IMG/VR virus record: IMGVR_UViG_3300008954_003475
Span: 1 to 64,000 of that record
DNA: 64,000 nt
Reading direction: 5' to 3' (one strand)
Under the pieces are notes generated by a model. The model searched no databases and had not been told where the DNA came from. It saw only the letters and a list, made by a program, of their open reading frames with translations. The position numbers and the translations under genes were made by a program. Of this stretch, positions 26,579-36,381 are shown in pieces (within the stretch, counting starts at the first letter, position 1; the number at the start of each line of letters is the position of its first letter).

Positions 26579-28063
26579 TTATACTTGTTCGTGCGGTGAT
26601 ACGGCTTCTTCTTCGATATTCTCTGCCGGTTCAGCCGCCGTCTTGGACCCCTTTATGTTTGTATCCCAATGGTAATACATCCTGCTCAAAAACTTCTTAT
26701 ATCTCTCTTGTTTTAGTCTTTCTAAAGTTTTTCCATAAATAGGTGTTTTTATAATCTTATCTACCGGCCTTACTTCTAATTGAGCCTTATAGTCGCCAGC
26801 CAAAAATGACATACTCAACATTTCATCAAAACTTATATTCGAAATATCTTCTGGACTCATGTCCTTTGTAGCTTCTTCTATTTGAAAAATAATCTGCTCA
26901 TAATGCGCCTTGCCCTCTTCTCTCGTTAGCAAGTAAAACCCTCTATCGTACGAATACATTTCGTTATAACTTGGTATTAATTTTACTTCACTTTCCGGAT
27001 CAAGCTCCATATTTATAAAAGAACTTTTAGCATACTGTGGAATATCATATATCTGCTGATAAGTTGGTGCAGGACCAGTGCCTGTTAATTCTGAAAATAA
27101 ATTATTATAATTAACCACAAGCAGTCTCTCAACATCTACATTTTCTCTTTTCGCTATAGACTTTAACGTATCTCCCTCTCTAGACAGAGATTGAGAATCT
27201 GCTCTGTTTGGAATCATAAGCTCAAGACCTTGGGGCAAAACTTTTGTTTTAATAGATCTATAAAGTGATTCAATAGCAGAGGTGTCTCCAGACAAAAGGC
27301 CGCTTAATGCATTCATAAATCTCTCCGGAGAAACACCCACGGATGGCTCTTGAATTATTGTATCCATATTTTGAGCAAGAAAACTTCGCGAATCAACCTG
27401 AAGCTTTCTGGCAATATCTTCAATAGATTCTCCGTTTGGATTAAGCACCTCATATCTTTCACCAACTCTGGCCGGCATTTTCATAACATCTTTGACGTGA
27501 ACCTCTTCATGTCTTAAGGTTTCTATAAAATAAGCTTTTACTGCCCTTGTAAATAATCCAAACTCCTTATTAAAATCTCCCATTATCTCAGGAAGCTTTG
27601 ACATATTATTGCCTATCTCTCTCATTGCCGCTTCTTGCAAACTAATATTTGGATTAAAACCAAGCACCACCACCTTTTCAGACTTATCTTTGTCCCAACC
27701 AGTTTGGCCTGGAGGAAGCCCGGGATTGTCTGAAAATAATATCATATATATTCCGGTTATATCCTTTCCGCTAACGTCCTGTCTTTGCCTAACTGTTTTT
27801 GCAGCCAAAGCATTTGCCACATCCTGCCCTACCGAAACCCTTCCAGTTATAATCCCAAGAACATCCAAGGGTGCAATTCCATGAGCCAACATTTTTGCCC
27901 CAATTTCTCCCAAAAGCTCTTCGACTATATCAACAATCTCTGCCCGATTAACCGGCAGAGGTCTGGACATGGCTAACTTTAGATTTTCAGCAACAAGTAT
28001 GGACTCAACCAGAAAGCCTTTGTTGGACAACCACTTTTGTAATTTTTCTATTTTGTTTATCAT
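26579..28063 (-). CDS. HExxH metallopeptidase-like protein with two LysM-like repeats
   Basis: ETLRHEEVH; NGESIEDIARKLQVDSRSFLAQN and EGDTLKSIAKRENVDVERLLVVN. Confidence 0.6.
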   Translation of the reverse strand: MINKIEKLQKWLSNKGFLVESILVAENLKLAMSRPLPVNRAEIVDIVEELLGEIGAKMLAHGIAPLDVLGIITGRVSVGQDVANALAAKTVRQRQDVSGKDITGIYMILFSDNPGLPPGQTGWDKDKSEKVVVLGFNPNISLQEAAMREIGNNMSKLPEIMGDFNKEFGLFTRAVKAYFIETLRHEEVHVKDVMKMPARVGERYEVLNPNGESIEDIARKLQVDSRSFLAQNMDTIIQEPSVGVSPERFMNALSGLLSGDTSAIESLYRSIKTKVLPQGLELMIPNRADSQSLSREGDTLKSIAKRENVDVERLLVVNYNNLFSELTGTGPAPTYQQIYDIPQYAKSSFINMELDPESEVKLIPSYNEMYSYDRGFYLLTREEGKAHYEQIIFQIEEATKDMSPEDISNISFDEMLSMSFLAGDYKAQLEVRPVDKIIKTPIYGKTLERLKQERYKKFLSRMYYHWDTNIKGSKTAAEPAENIEEEAVSPHEQV

Positions 28064-28101
28064 GACTATAATTACTCATATTGGACAAAATTAATAATAG
28101 A

Positions 28102-28476
28102 TCAGCGCCCATAGTCATCCTCTATCCTTATAACATCATCCAGCTGCTTTGTGCTTACCTCAAACAACTCAACATCTTCATCTTTTGCTATAAACCTATG
28201 AGTATAAAATGGTGGAATATGAAATGTCATTCCTTCCTTTAATATAATCGTTCGCCTAGAACCATCAAACCCCTCTGCGGCATGTCCTCCTGTTTCTAGG
28301 TATAGAATTCCAGATTTAACAAAAATAGTCTCCTCTTTTTCTTCATGATATTGAAAAGACAACCTGTGGCCTGCTTTGATAAACAATATTTTGCCCACAT
28401 AGCCATTTTCGCAAGAAGACTTTGCCCAAATTATCTCATGGCCCCAAGGCTTTTCTATTTTTTTACAATATTCCAT
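28102..28476 (-). CDS. Cupin protein (mannose-6-phosphate isomerase type II C-terminal-like)
   Basis: KPWGHE, RLSFQYHEEKEET, HIPPFYTHRF, EVST. Confidence 0.8.
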   Translation of the reverse strand: MEYCKKIEKPWGHEIIWAKSSCENGYVGKILFIKAGHRLSFQYHEEKEETIFVKSGILYLETGGHAAEGFDGSRRTIILKEGMTFHIPPFYTHRFIAKDEDVELFEVSTKQLDDVIRIEDDYGR

Positions 28477-28483
28477 TATATGT

Positions 28484-29368
28484 TTACAGGCCTAACTCTT
28501 TAATAACTTTTTTTGTTAATTCTGGATATATTTCTGATGATAAATCAAGCATTTCTTTATTCTTGAAAATATCTTTAAATTGTTTTGCACACATAAACCA
28601 CATCCATCTATTTAGAACATTCATCTCTTGGGCTTTACCATCTTTTGTCATAACATCAAAACTGCTTCCATACCCATTGCCAGGAACCTTGTTTAGCCCT
28701 CTGTCTGAAAACTTTAATCCTAAATTATTTATTATATTTTTACGATATTTTTTATCTTTAAACCATAAATTATAATTAATCAAAACTTTATCATTGCCTA
28801 AATAATTAGTTTTTCCAAGATACTCTTTGGCATATTCACTCCATCTTTTTACAGCACCTTTGTCGAACCATGAAATATCACTATTTTCATTAGTTTTATG
28901 TGAAAAAGAAAGATTTTTTTTACCAACCTCTTTTCTCAAAGTATTAGACCTATGAAAAAACCTAAGTCTGCTTGAAAACAAATTAAATGGATCTCTTAAT
29001 ATTAAAATTGTGTTTTCTTTTCTCGGAGGAACAATATACAATGTTTTTTTATATTTTGCTTTTATATTTTTTATATTTTCTATAGAAATATCTTCCATAT
29101 TATATATATACCAAGGAAAAATCTCAATCGGCTTTTTACCCTTTGCGTTATGCCATTCTCCCCTATCTTCAAAAGCCTTTTTTCCGCTAAAACATAATAT
29201 ATCATTATGAAAATAGACAGGCTCTTCAACCTGTTGTATAATCCAATTAATTATACCATGCTGCCCAGAACGCATCATTGCGCAAATTTCAAGTTGATTA
29301 TTGATTATTTTGCATTTCTTTTTATAGTTGTTAACCTTTGTAGCCATATTACATTCTTTTGTAACCAA
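28484..29368 (-). CDS. Sulfotransferase-like protein
   Basis: 5'-PSB-like MMRSGQH, 3'-PB-like LILRDPFNLFSS, INYN; probable start MATKV. Confidence 0.55.
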   Translation of the reverse strand: MVTKECNMATKVNNYKKKCKIINNQLEICAMMRSGQHGIINWIIQQVEEPVYFHNDILCFSGKKAFEDRGEWHNAKGKKPIEIFPWYIYNMEDISIENIKNIKAKYKKTLYIVPPRKENTILILRDPFNLFSSRLRFFHRSNTLRKEVGKKNLSFSHKTNENSDISWFDKGAVKRWSEYAKEYLGKTNYLGNDKVLINYNLWFKDKKYRKNIINNLGLKFSDRGLNKVPGNGYGSSFDVMTKDGKAQEMNVLNRWMWFMCAKQFKDIFKNKEMLDLSSEIYPELTKKVIKELGL

Positions 29369-30155
29369 AATAATCTAACTCTTTTTGATATTTAGATAAA
29401 ATATTATTTATACGTCTAATATCATTTGTTCCTAAATTTTTAATTTGATCTGGATTTAGATTCTTTATTGGCATTTCCTTTTTTCCATGCAAAGAGTGAT
29501 GACCAGAAAGCTTGCCTTCAAAGGAAAAGTCATTTAACTCTGGCAACAAAGTTGTTATCTTTGTTTTTACCATCTCTTGATTATCGCATAAATCTGAATA
29601 TTTAACCCATATAACATTATCTAAAATTTTTAAATTTCTCATTTGAAACTTCATTGATTCGCCCCAATGAGTTGCACAACGCTCGATTTTATAGCCCTGC
29701 CTTCGTCTGAGACCTTCAGATAGGGCATATGGATTCCTTACCATAACGATAAAATATGAATTTAGAAAATACTTTTGCAGCAACTCTGCTCTAATTACAT
29801 TTGGAGGTGATTTCTCCAATAAAATCATATTTTTTAAAGGCCTTCCGGCTGACCGCTCCCACGCTTTAAACCATTTTTGTTTAATTATTTTCCAATTATA
29901 ATTTTTATCGTTACTAATCAAATTAGGCTTTTCCGTCCAAAGCCCTAATACGCCGTAGTTTCTCGGATGAGGTATGGCCTTTCCGGCATGATTATGCCCC
30001 TCGGAAGAAGTGGCGTGCTTATTTGTCTTTGGCAGCGGCACTACTGATTTGCAGTTACTTAAATAATGATGCAATAACGTAGATCCGCCATTATTCATAC
30101 AAACAACAAAAAGATGCTTACAATCTTTCTTGCAATTCTCGTAAGTCATTTTCAT
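29349..30155 (-). CDS. Sulfotransferase family (Sulfotransfer_3-like) protein
   Basis: VCMNNGGSTLL (diverged PSB), EKSPPN, MVRNPY, VKYSDL. Confidence 0.65.
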   Translation of the reverse strand: MKMTYENCKKDCKHLFVVCMNNGGSTLLHHYLSNCKSVVPLPKTNKHATSSEGHNHAGKAIPHPRNYGVLGLWTEKPNLISNDKNYNWKIIKQKWFKAWERSAGRPLKNMILLEKSPPNVIRAELLQKYFLNSYFIVMVRNPYALSEGLRRRQGYKIERCATHWGESMKFQMRNLKILDNVIWVKYSDLCDNQEMVKTKITTLLPELNDFSFEGKLSGHHSLHGKKEMPIKNLNPDQIKNLGTNDIRRINNILSKYQKELDYFGYKRM

Positions 30156-31143
30156 ACATTTCCTTTAAAAGCATTTTCCAACTATACTCAGGCTTCCACC
30201 CAAGATCTCTCATAATCTTAGAAGGATTTCCCAATAAGAATGGAACTTCAGATGGTCTCATAAATCTTTCATCAACTTCATAAACATCTTCAAAATTCAA
30301 TTCAGCAAGAGAGCAAGCGTATCTGAACATCTCCTCTATTGTCGCTCCTGTTCCGGTCGCTACAACATAATCACTTGGAAACTCTTGCTGCAGCATTAAA
30401 TACATTGCTTTACAATAGTCCTTCGAATGCCCCTCATCTCTAAACGGAGACAAATTCCCCATTTGCAAAGAATCTTGCAGACCAAGCTTAACGGAGGCTA
30501 CACCTCTAGTGATTTTTCTTGTTGCAAAATCAACGCCCCTCCTAGGACTGCTGTGATTATGTAAAATTCCATTGCAGGCAAATAGATTATATGCTGTACG
30601 ATAATTTCTAACTGCCCAATATGCAGCTAACTTAGCAATGGCATATGGAGATCTAGGATTGAATGTAGAACTTTCATCATATCCCTCCTTTGGACAACCT
30701 ACTCCGCCAAAAAGCTCAGACGTTGACGCCTGATAAAACCTTGTATATGGCGAAATCTGTCTAATTGATTCAAGCTGACCTATAACCGCTCTTGCGTCAA
30801 TATCAAATGTCGAAAGAGGCTCCTTAAAGGACTGGCCCACATGAGACATTGCCGCCAAATTATACCACTCATGCGGCCTATAGGAGTGAAGAACTCTGGA
30901 CACAAGGGTTGTATCACATATATCTCCTTCAATTAATTTAAAATTTTCTAAATCAATCAAATGACTTATGTTTCCATATTTCCTATTGGCGCTAAGCCTT
31001 CTGGTTATTCCAACTACAGAGTATTCTTTGTTTAATAATAACTCTGCTAAATATGAACCATCCTGGCCGGCAACGCCTGTTATAACAGCTGTTAACATAA
31101 TATCTCCTAACCATATTTTACTTATATAGTATACTTTTTCCAA
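30118..31143 (-). CDS. gmd: GDP-mannose 4,6-dehydratase (likely true start ATG 31098)
   Basis: ITGVAGQDGSYLAELL, YNLAAMSHVGQSF, FYQASTSELFG, PRSPYAIAK, GILHNHSSPRRG, FATRKIT; SD AGGAG before 31098. Confidence 0.95.
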   Translation of the reverse strand: MEKVYYISKIWLGDIMLTAVITGVAGQDGSYLAELLLNKEYSVVGITRRLSANRKYGNISHLIDLENFKLIEGDICDTTLVSRVLHSYRPHEWYNLAAMSHVGQSFKEPLSTFDIDARAVIGQLESIRQISPYTRFYQASTSELFGGVGCPKEGYDESSTFNPRSPYAIAKLAAYWAVRNYRTAYNLFACNGILHNHSSPRRGVDFATRKITRGVASVKLGLQDSLQMGNLSPFRDEGHSKDYCKAMYLMLQQEFPSDYVVATGTGATIEEMFRYACSLAELNFEDVYEVDERFMRPSEVPFLLGNPSKIMRDLGWKPEYSWKMLLKEMYENDLRELQERL

Positions 31144-31152
31144 TTTGCATAA

Positions 31153-31782
31153 TTATTTCTTAACTATATTTTCACCAAACTTATATCCAAAATAATCTAT
31201 ATCTTTTTTATACCTTCTAGCAACAATCCTCCTAAGATCATCATCATAATAAAAAGTATAATCTTTTCTTTCTTTTAAATACGAATGTTCTTCAAGCCTA
31301 TGATTCCAATCATTTTCAAGAACAGTATTTGCACCCAACATGTTTGCAACATCTTTCCATTGCTCATTCAATGTTTCATATCTAATTATATAATCCATAA
31401 CTATTTTATTATTTATACTTATAGCATTTAATTGCGGAACAGCATTTGCTTTCACAGAGTTCCTCCATACCGGGTTTTCCCTCCATCTTGTCAGCCAGGT
31501 CTTAAAGTCAACAGTCTTTCCATCCTTATGAAACCAGGGAAAAAAATAATTTGAAACGACAAGGTCCCATGGATTTCTGACAATTGAAAATTTTAAATAT
31601 TCATCCCAACGTTCTTTTCCAAACTTTTCTTTGGCCTCTTTTGCCACAATATGCTTCGGACCGATAGCCGAACTCCACTTAATCTTTTCATTCAGGCCGT
31701 AGTCAAGAAGCGCTTTCTCTACTGACGTACCCCCTGTTCGCTCAATATGAATAAAAATACACTTATATTTATCAGAAATCAT
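31153..31782 (-). CDS. Sulfotransferase family 2-like protein
   Basis: FIHIERTGGTSV, FSIVRNPWDLVVSNY, IIRYETL, VARRYKKDIDYFGY. Confidence 0.75.
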   Translation of the reverse strand: MISDKYKCIFIHIERTGGTSVEKALLDYGLNEKIKWSSAIGPKHIVAKEAKEKFGKERWDEYLKFSIVRNPWDLVVSNYFFPWFHKDGKTVDFKTWLTRWRENPVWRNSVKANAVPQLNAISINNKIVMDYIIRYETLNEQWKDVANMLGANTVLENDWNHRLEEHSYLKERKDYTFYYDDDLRRIVARRYKKDIDYFGYKFGENIVKK

Positions 31783-32717
31783 TTATCTTCTTTCAAATGC
31801 CATCGAACCGTATTTTCGAGACCCTCTTCAAAAGGGGTTTTTATGCTATAATCTAAAATATTTTTTATCTTCGTTATATCTGCTTGAGACTTATCAACGT
31901 CTCCCTGTCTTTTGTCTTCATATCTTGGCGGCAATGTGCCTACTATCTTGGCAAGATTATTTATTGCAATCTTCTGCCCGCACCCAACATTAAAAGATTC
32001 TCCATTTAATTTCTTATTATAATTTGCAGCCAAAATATTTGCAGAAACAACATTTTCAACAAAGCAAAAATCTCTGGTTTGCTCCCCATCACCGTATATG
32101 GTAGGGGCTGTGTTGTTTTTCAGATTATCACAAAAGGCCGAGATAACCGCCGCATAAGCAGAATCTGCACGCTGTCTTGGTCCAAAAACATTAAAATATC
32201 TTAAACAAACCGTGTCGAGATCATAAGCCTCGGAAAACATCTTGCAATATTCTTCTCCAATTTTTTTCTGCAGAGCGTAAGGCGACCTTGGGTTAAGAAG
32301 CACGCTCTCTGGGGTCGGCAAAATATCAGATCCTCCATATACAGAAGAAGATGAGGAAAAAATAACTCTTTTACATTTATACTTTTGAGCAATATTTAAT
32401 ATATTTACTGTACCATTAACATTTATATCATTTGATATAACAGGCTCTTTTATAGACGGAACAACGCCAGAGATTGCCGCCAGATGAAACACTGCGTCGG
32501 GTCTATGCTCGCGAAAAACCGTATCAATCTTTTCTGACCTTATATCATAATATTTTGGAATAAAATTATCATAAGAAATATGCAAATCCATTGTAGATTG
32601 CAAGCCTGAGCGCATATTGTCAATGCCAACAACTTTGCAGCCCTCTTTTAAAAGACCCTCTGTTAAGTGCCCTCCTATAAAGCCTGCAGACCCTGTGACA
32701 ATTGCCGTCTTTATCAT
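31779..32717 (-). CDS. NAD-dependent nucleotide-sugar epimerase (WbpP/GalE-like SDR)
   Basis: TGSAGFIGG, SSSSVYG, SPYALQK (YxxxK), LRYFNVFGPRQ, IYGDGEQTRDF. Confidence 0.9.
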   Translation of the reverse strand: MIKTAIVTGSAGFIGGHLTEGLLKEGCKVVGIDNMRSGLQSTMDLHISYDNFIPKYYDIRSEKIDTVFREHRPDAVFHLAAISGVVPSIKEPVISNDINVNGTVNILNIAQKYKCKRVIFSSSSSVYGGSDILPTPESVLLNPRSPYALQKKIGEEYCKMFSEAYDLDTVCLRYFNVFGPRQRADSAYAAVISAFCDNLKNNTAPTIYGDGEQTRDFCFVENVVSANILAANYNKKLNGESFNVGCGQKIAINNLAKIVGTLPPRYEDKRQGDVDKSQADITKIKNILDYSIKTPFEEGLENTVRWHLKEDK

Positions 32718-33502
32718 TCTTCGTCCCTAATCTTGTTTCTCTCAAGAATAGATGCGTTTAAAACCGCATTAAGAGAATTGCTTTTTTTCATCATATTATT
32801 TAATGCATTTGTATCTTTTGGAAAACATGCTCCGCCATAAGCCAACCTGCCATCAGGGCCTGGCACGGCTACGTGATGAGGGGCAATCCAACCATTTTTT
32901 AACATTAACGCTTTAATATTCTCAAAACTTAATCCGTTTGATTCACATAACAAATAAAACTCATTAAATATCATAACTTTTTGAGCATAAAAAGAATTTG
33001 CAAACAACTTCATAGCTTCAGATTCATCAGATGTGCAAATAGATATTAATGCATCCGGATAAAGCCTTTTGTACAATAAAACCAAAGAGTCAAAAGCCGA
33101 AGAGTCTTCCGTCTTTCCAAGAACTATGTGTTTTTGATTATGAAAGTCCCGAAAAGCTGTGCGCTCTGTCAAAAATTCTGGATTATGAGCAATGTTAAGA
33201 TTATACTTTTCAGCGAATCTTTTTGTCACCCCAGGCTCAACCGTGGACTTGATAACGCATAATCCATTATAATTTAATTCGCTTAACTTTTCAAGACTCT
33301 CACTTATAGCGCTCAAATCAAAACCAGAACTATCTACATAAGGAGTTGGAAGGCATAAAAAAACAATACCAGAGTCTAAAACGTCTTTGATATTACCTAT
33401 TTTTTGAAACTTATCGTAAACAATGGTCTCTATTCCTTTTTCTTTAAAGGATCTATGTAACGCCCTTCCAACGAACCCTTTTCCTATCTGAGATATGCGC
33501 AT
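32714..33502 (-). CDS. UDP-glucose/GDP-mannose dehydrogenase family protein lacking the C-terminal domain
   Basis: GKGFVG, CLPTP, IKSTVEPG, HNPEFLTE, KLFANSF, YGGACFPKD; only 262 aa. Confidence 0.85.
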   Translation of the reverse strand: MRISQIGKGFVGRALHRSFKEKGIETIVYDKFQKIGNIKDVLDSGIVFLCLPTPYVDSSGFDLSAISESLEKLSELNYNGLCVIKSTVEPGVTKRFAEKYNLNIAHNPEFLTERTAFRDFHNQKHIVLGKTEDSSAFDSLVLLYKRLYPDALISICTSDESEAMKLFANSFYAQKVMIFNEFYLLCESNGLSFENIKALMLKNGWIAPHHVAVPGPDGRLAYGGACFPKDTNALNNMMKKSNSLNAVLNASILERNKIRDEE

Positions 33503-33518
33503 AACCTTCTAAGCATCC

Positions 33519-34694
33519 TTATATTAAATCAAAATTTTTCAACATTTCAACCTCAGAAACAGACATGGGAGAAACATTCTTTTCTATATTCTCTAATATT
33601 TTATTTTTAAATCTTTTTGGCAAATTCATCTCTTCCTCATAAGCTTGAGAATAATATCCGTATTCAAAAGAAACATCAACATTAGGATACATATTTGTTA
33701 CAGTAGAAATTTTACGCTTTTGCGCTATAGCCACCATCGAAGCTCCCATTTTTAACGGCTTTTTATTAATGATTTTTTTAACAATCGGAGAAACTGTAAT
33801 TCTTCCACCATGATAAGCATTTTTTCTAAAGCACTTATAACACATACCGCAAGAACCCTTTTCTCGCCTCAAACAAGATTCGGCCGGAATAGAGTTATTC
33901 TTACAAATAATTGTTGTAACTACCTCCGAACATGCGCCGACCGCCCAAAACATAGGCAATCCGGCGGCTTTAAACAGCCTCTTGTGATAATTATAATACC
34001 AAGAATTGGCAAAATCACGATACTTGTGTCCTTTCCACAAATATGTACTATCTAAAATTTGGCCAGTTGTTACATGTGAAAGCCCTAAATGGTCGGCTAA
34101 CAAAATGGCTGGCAAACATACAACATAATCAGTTAAAAACCCAGACATTAAAGGCTTCCCGTCTTTCTTTAGTTTTGATCTTAATAATTCAATATTAGTT
34201 TCTATAGAAAATCCTTTATAGCCACGCTCTTTAAACCACTCTAAGCATCTAAGCTGATTTCCATGCTTTAACTTAGTCTTAAATCCATCTCTTTTCAAAT
34301 AACATAATACAACATCATCTTTTTGCATCAATATTGCTGCCGCAGCAGAATCAACACCTCCAGAAAAAGCTAATCCCACCTTACCATCCTCAATAGGCTT
34401 TCGTTCTATCCAGTTTATTGCCTTAAACAATTCATCTCCACTTTCTGTGATAAATGGAAGAAAAATTAAACTTTCAGCCAAACGCAATAAACTATCCGAA
34501 ACCTCATCAAGCCTCCAGTCTTTTGGCATCTTAAAATAATATGTACCATAAAAAGAGGTCAAATAAAGATGACGACCCTTTTGCGACCATTGTATGTTTA
34601 AATCATTAAATTTCATTTTTTTATTATCCAATTCTGTTTTAAAATAATATGTTGCATAATCTTGGTGAATTATAGATTTGGTTTCTTCTTTCAT
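33519..34694 (-). CDS. PP-loop (adenine nucleotide alpha-hydrolase) ATPase-like protein
   Basis: GLAFSGGVDS PP-loop and a C-terminal Cys cluster (ESCL...CGMCYKC). Confidence 0.6.
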   Translation of the reverse strand: MKEETKSIIHQDYATYYFKTELDNKKMKFNDLNIQWSQKGRHLYLTSFYGTYYFKMPKDWRLDEVSDSLLRLAESLIFLPFITESGDELFKAINWIERKPIEDGKVGLAFSGGVDSAAAAILMQKDDVVLCYLKRDGFKTKLKHGNQLRCLEWFKERGYKGFSIETNIELLRSKLKKDGKPLMSGFLTDYVVCLPAILLADHLGLSHVTTGQILDSTYLWKGHKYRDFANSWYYNYHKRLFKAAGLPMFWAVGACSEVVTTIICKNNSIPAESCLRREKGSCGMCYKCFRKNAYHGGRITVSPIVKKIINKKPLKMGASMVAIAQKRKISTVTNMYPNVDVSFEYGYYSQAYEEEMNLPKRFKNKILENIEKNVSPMSVSEVEMLKNFDLI

Positions 34695-35644
34695 TTTACC
34701 TCTATAAAACTTTTTTTATTAAACCCTTTTACCATAATTTTGCCATTCAAACCAAATGGCATCCTCATAGTTCTGTAATCAAAAAATAAATTTTTTGATT
34801 TTTTATGATATTTTCTAAAAGAATTTGCATACTCGTTCCTCGCAACGCTTCCCCCTCCAAGGTCGGAGCTTCTGGTGAGTGAATTTTTTACATATAAGGC
34901 CCTATAGGTTGCATGGCAAAAAACCCCAATATTATTTGAACCATAATATTTTGCCATACGGTGTCTAAACTCTGTATCTGCACCGCATCTAACCATATGA
35001 TAATACCCTATATCATTTAAAGTCTTTTTTCTATCAAAAAACATAGATGCCTCACAAATCTTTGGCCCAGAAGCCTTCCTGCCAGATGTTGCATATCGAT
35101 TATGCAAAGACAACACAGCGGAAAGATTTTTTGCTTTATAACAAGATATCAATGCTAAAATATGATCTTTATGAATTATATCATCAGCGTCTAAAAAAGT
35201 AGCATACTTTCCTTTTGCAATATCTAATGCATAATTTCTACATGCATATGGTCCATAATTTTTTTTATTTAAAATAATTCTAACTCTATTATCAATTATT
35301 TGCTTTAATATTTTTTCCACATTATCGCTTGATTTATCGTCAATTACTATAATTTCTATATTTTTATATGACTGCCCCAAAGCAGATCGAACAGCTCTTG
35401 CAAGCAATTTGTTTTTATTATAATTTGTAATAATTATAGTAACCATATCATTTAAAGCATTTGCACCAATATTTGGCACAGAAGTAAATATGGTATATTT
35501 ATTTATAGTTTTTAAAATCTTTTTTTTATTTGCATTACCTTTAATTATTAAAAAACCTTTTTCCATAGAAACAGAAATAGGTTTTTTAATATTTTTATTC
35601 GAAACCCTGTATCCCTTCGGCCTTGTTCTTCTAAATCTGGACAT
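34691..35644 (-). CDS. GT2 family glycosyltransferase
   Basis: IIITNYN, IDDKSSD, GPYACRNYAL, FLDADD, GADTEF. Confidence 0.88.
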   Translation of the reverse strand: MSRFRRTRPKGYRVSNKNIKKPISVSMEKGFLIIKGNANKKKILKTINKYTIFTSVPNIGANALNDMVTIIITNYNKNKLLARAVRSALGQSYKNIEIIVIDDKSSDNVEKILKQIIDNRVRIILNKKNYGPYACRNYALDIAKGKYATFLDADDIIHKDHILALISCYKAKNLSAVLSLHNRYATSGRKASGPKICEASMFFDRKKTLNDIGYYHMVRCGADTEFRHRMAKYYGSNNIGVFCHATYRALYVKNSLTRSSDLGGGSVARNEYANSFRKYHKKSKNLFFDYRTMRMPFGLNGKIMVKGFNKKSFIEVK

Positions 35645-35703
35645 ATTTTAATATTTTTTATTGCTCTTATTCTAAATTATATTTATTAAATAATATAAAG
35701 AAC

Positions 35704-36381
35704 TCATGACTTACTTCTGTCTATAAGATCTTTTTTCAAGCCAAGAGTGCTGCCATCATAAGCTTTTTTGTTAATTTGAGTTTTTTTCTTTAAATATTTT
35801 TTTCTAAGATATTCATTAAATCTTTTTGCAGACTTATCATTAGAAAACTTTCTTAATTTCTGAGTATATTCAAAATACTTTTTAAACGCCACCCCTGGGC
35901 TTGGGGCTGAATCATGATCTCCCAAAACCTTTTTTATTTCTATATTTTTATAACCCAATTTAGCAGCTCGCTTTGCATAATCACGATCTCCTCCCAAAAC
36001 GTCTCTAAATTCTAACTTTTGCAGCGGCTCTACACTCCATAGCTTTAAGGATCCAATTTTGCTTTTTAAAAATAAATCATACAAAAGAGATGAAGCATTT
36101 AATATTTTTATCCTCTGTCTTTTTTTATTATTTGCAAACTTTAATAACTCATCTAAAGCGTTTGGATAAAGATACATATCCTCATCTATTTGAAAGCACC
36201 ACTTGTAACCAGCGGAGGCTAACCTCATCTCGTTTAACCACTCTGATTGAGGCTTCTTGTCTCTAATGACCACAACGCTATCTACACGCCGATCTTTTTC
36301 TGCAATTTTATCAACAAGCTTTTTACACTTCGGAAAAGTTGAAGATCCAATTGTTCCTATACATATAATAACATTATTCAC
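35704..36381 (-). CDS. GT-A (GT2-like) glycosyltransferase
   Basis: FQIDEDMYL (DxD), GGDRDY; embedded in the GT cluster. Confidence 0.55.
   Translation of the reverse strand: MNNVIICIGTIGSSTFPKCKKLVDKIAEKDRRVDSVVVIRDKKPQSEWLNEMRLASAGYKWCFQIDEDMYLYPNALDELLKFANNKKRQRIKILNASSLLYDLFLKSKIGSLKLWSVEPLQKLEFRDVLGGDRDYAKRAAKLGYKNIEIKKVLGDHDSAPSPGVAFKKYFEYTQKLRKFSNDKSAKRFNEYLRKKYLKKKTQINKKAYDGSTLGLKKDLIDRSKS

Noticed and set aside
29250-29258. Third TGGTATAAT copy
   Set aside because: It lies within coding sequence (HGIINW) with no downstream start at matching spacing, so it is likely chance.
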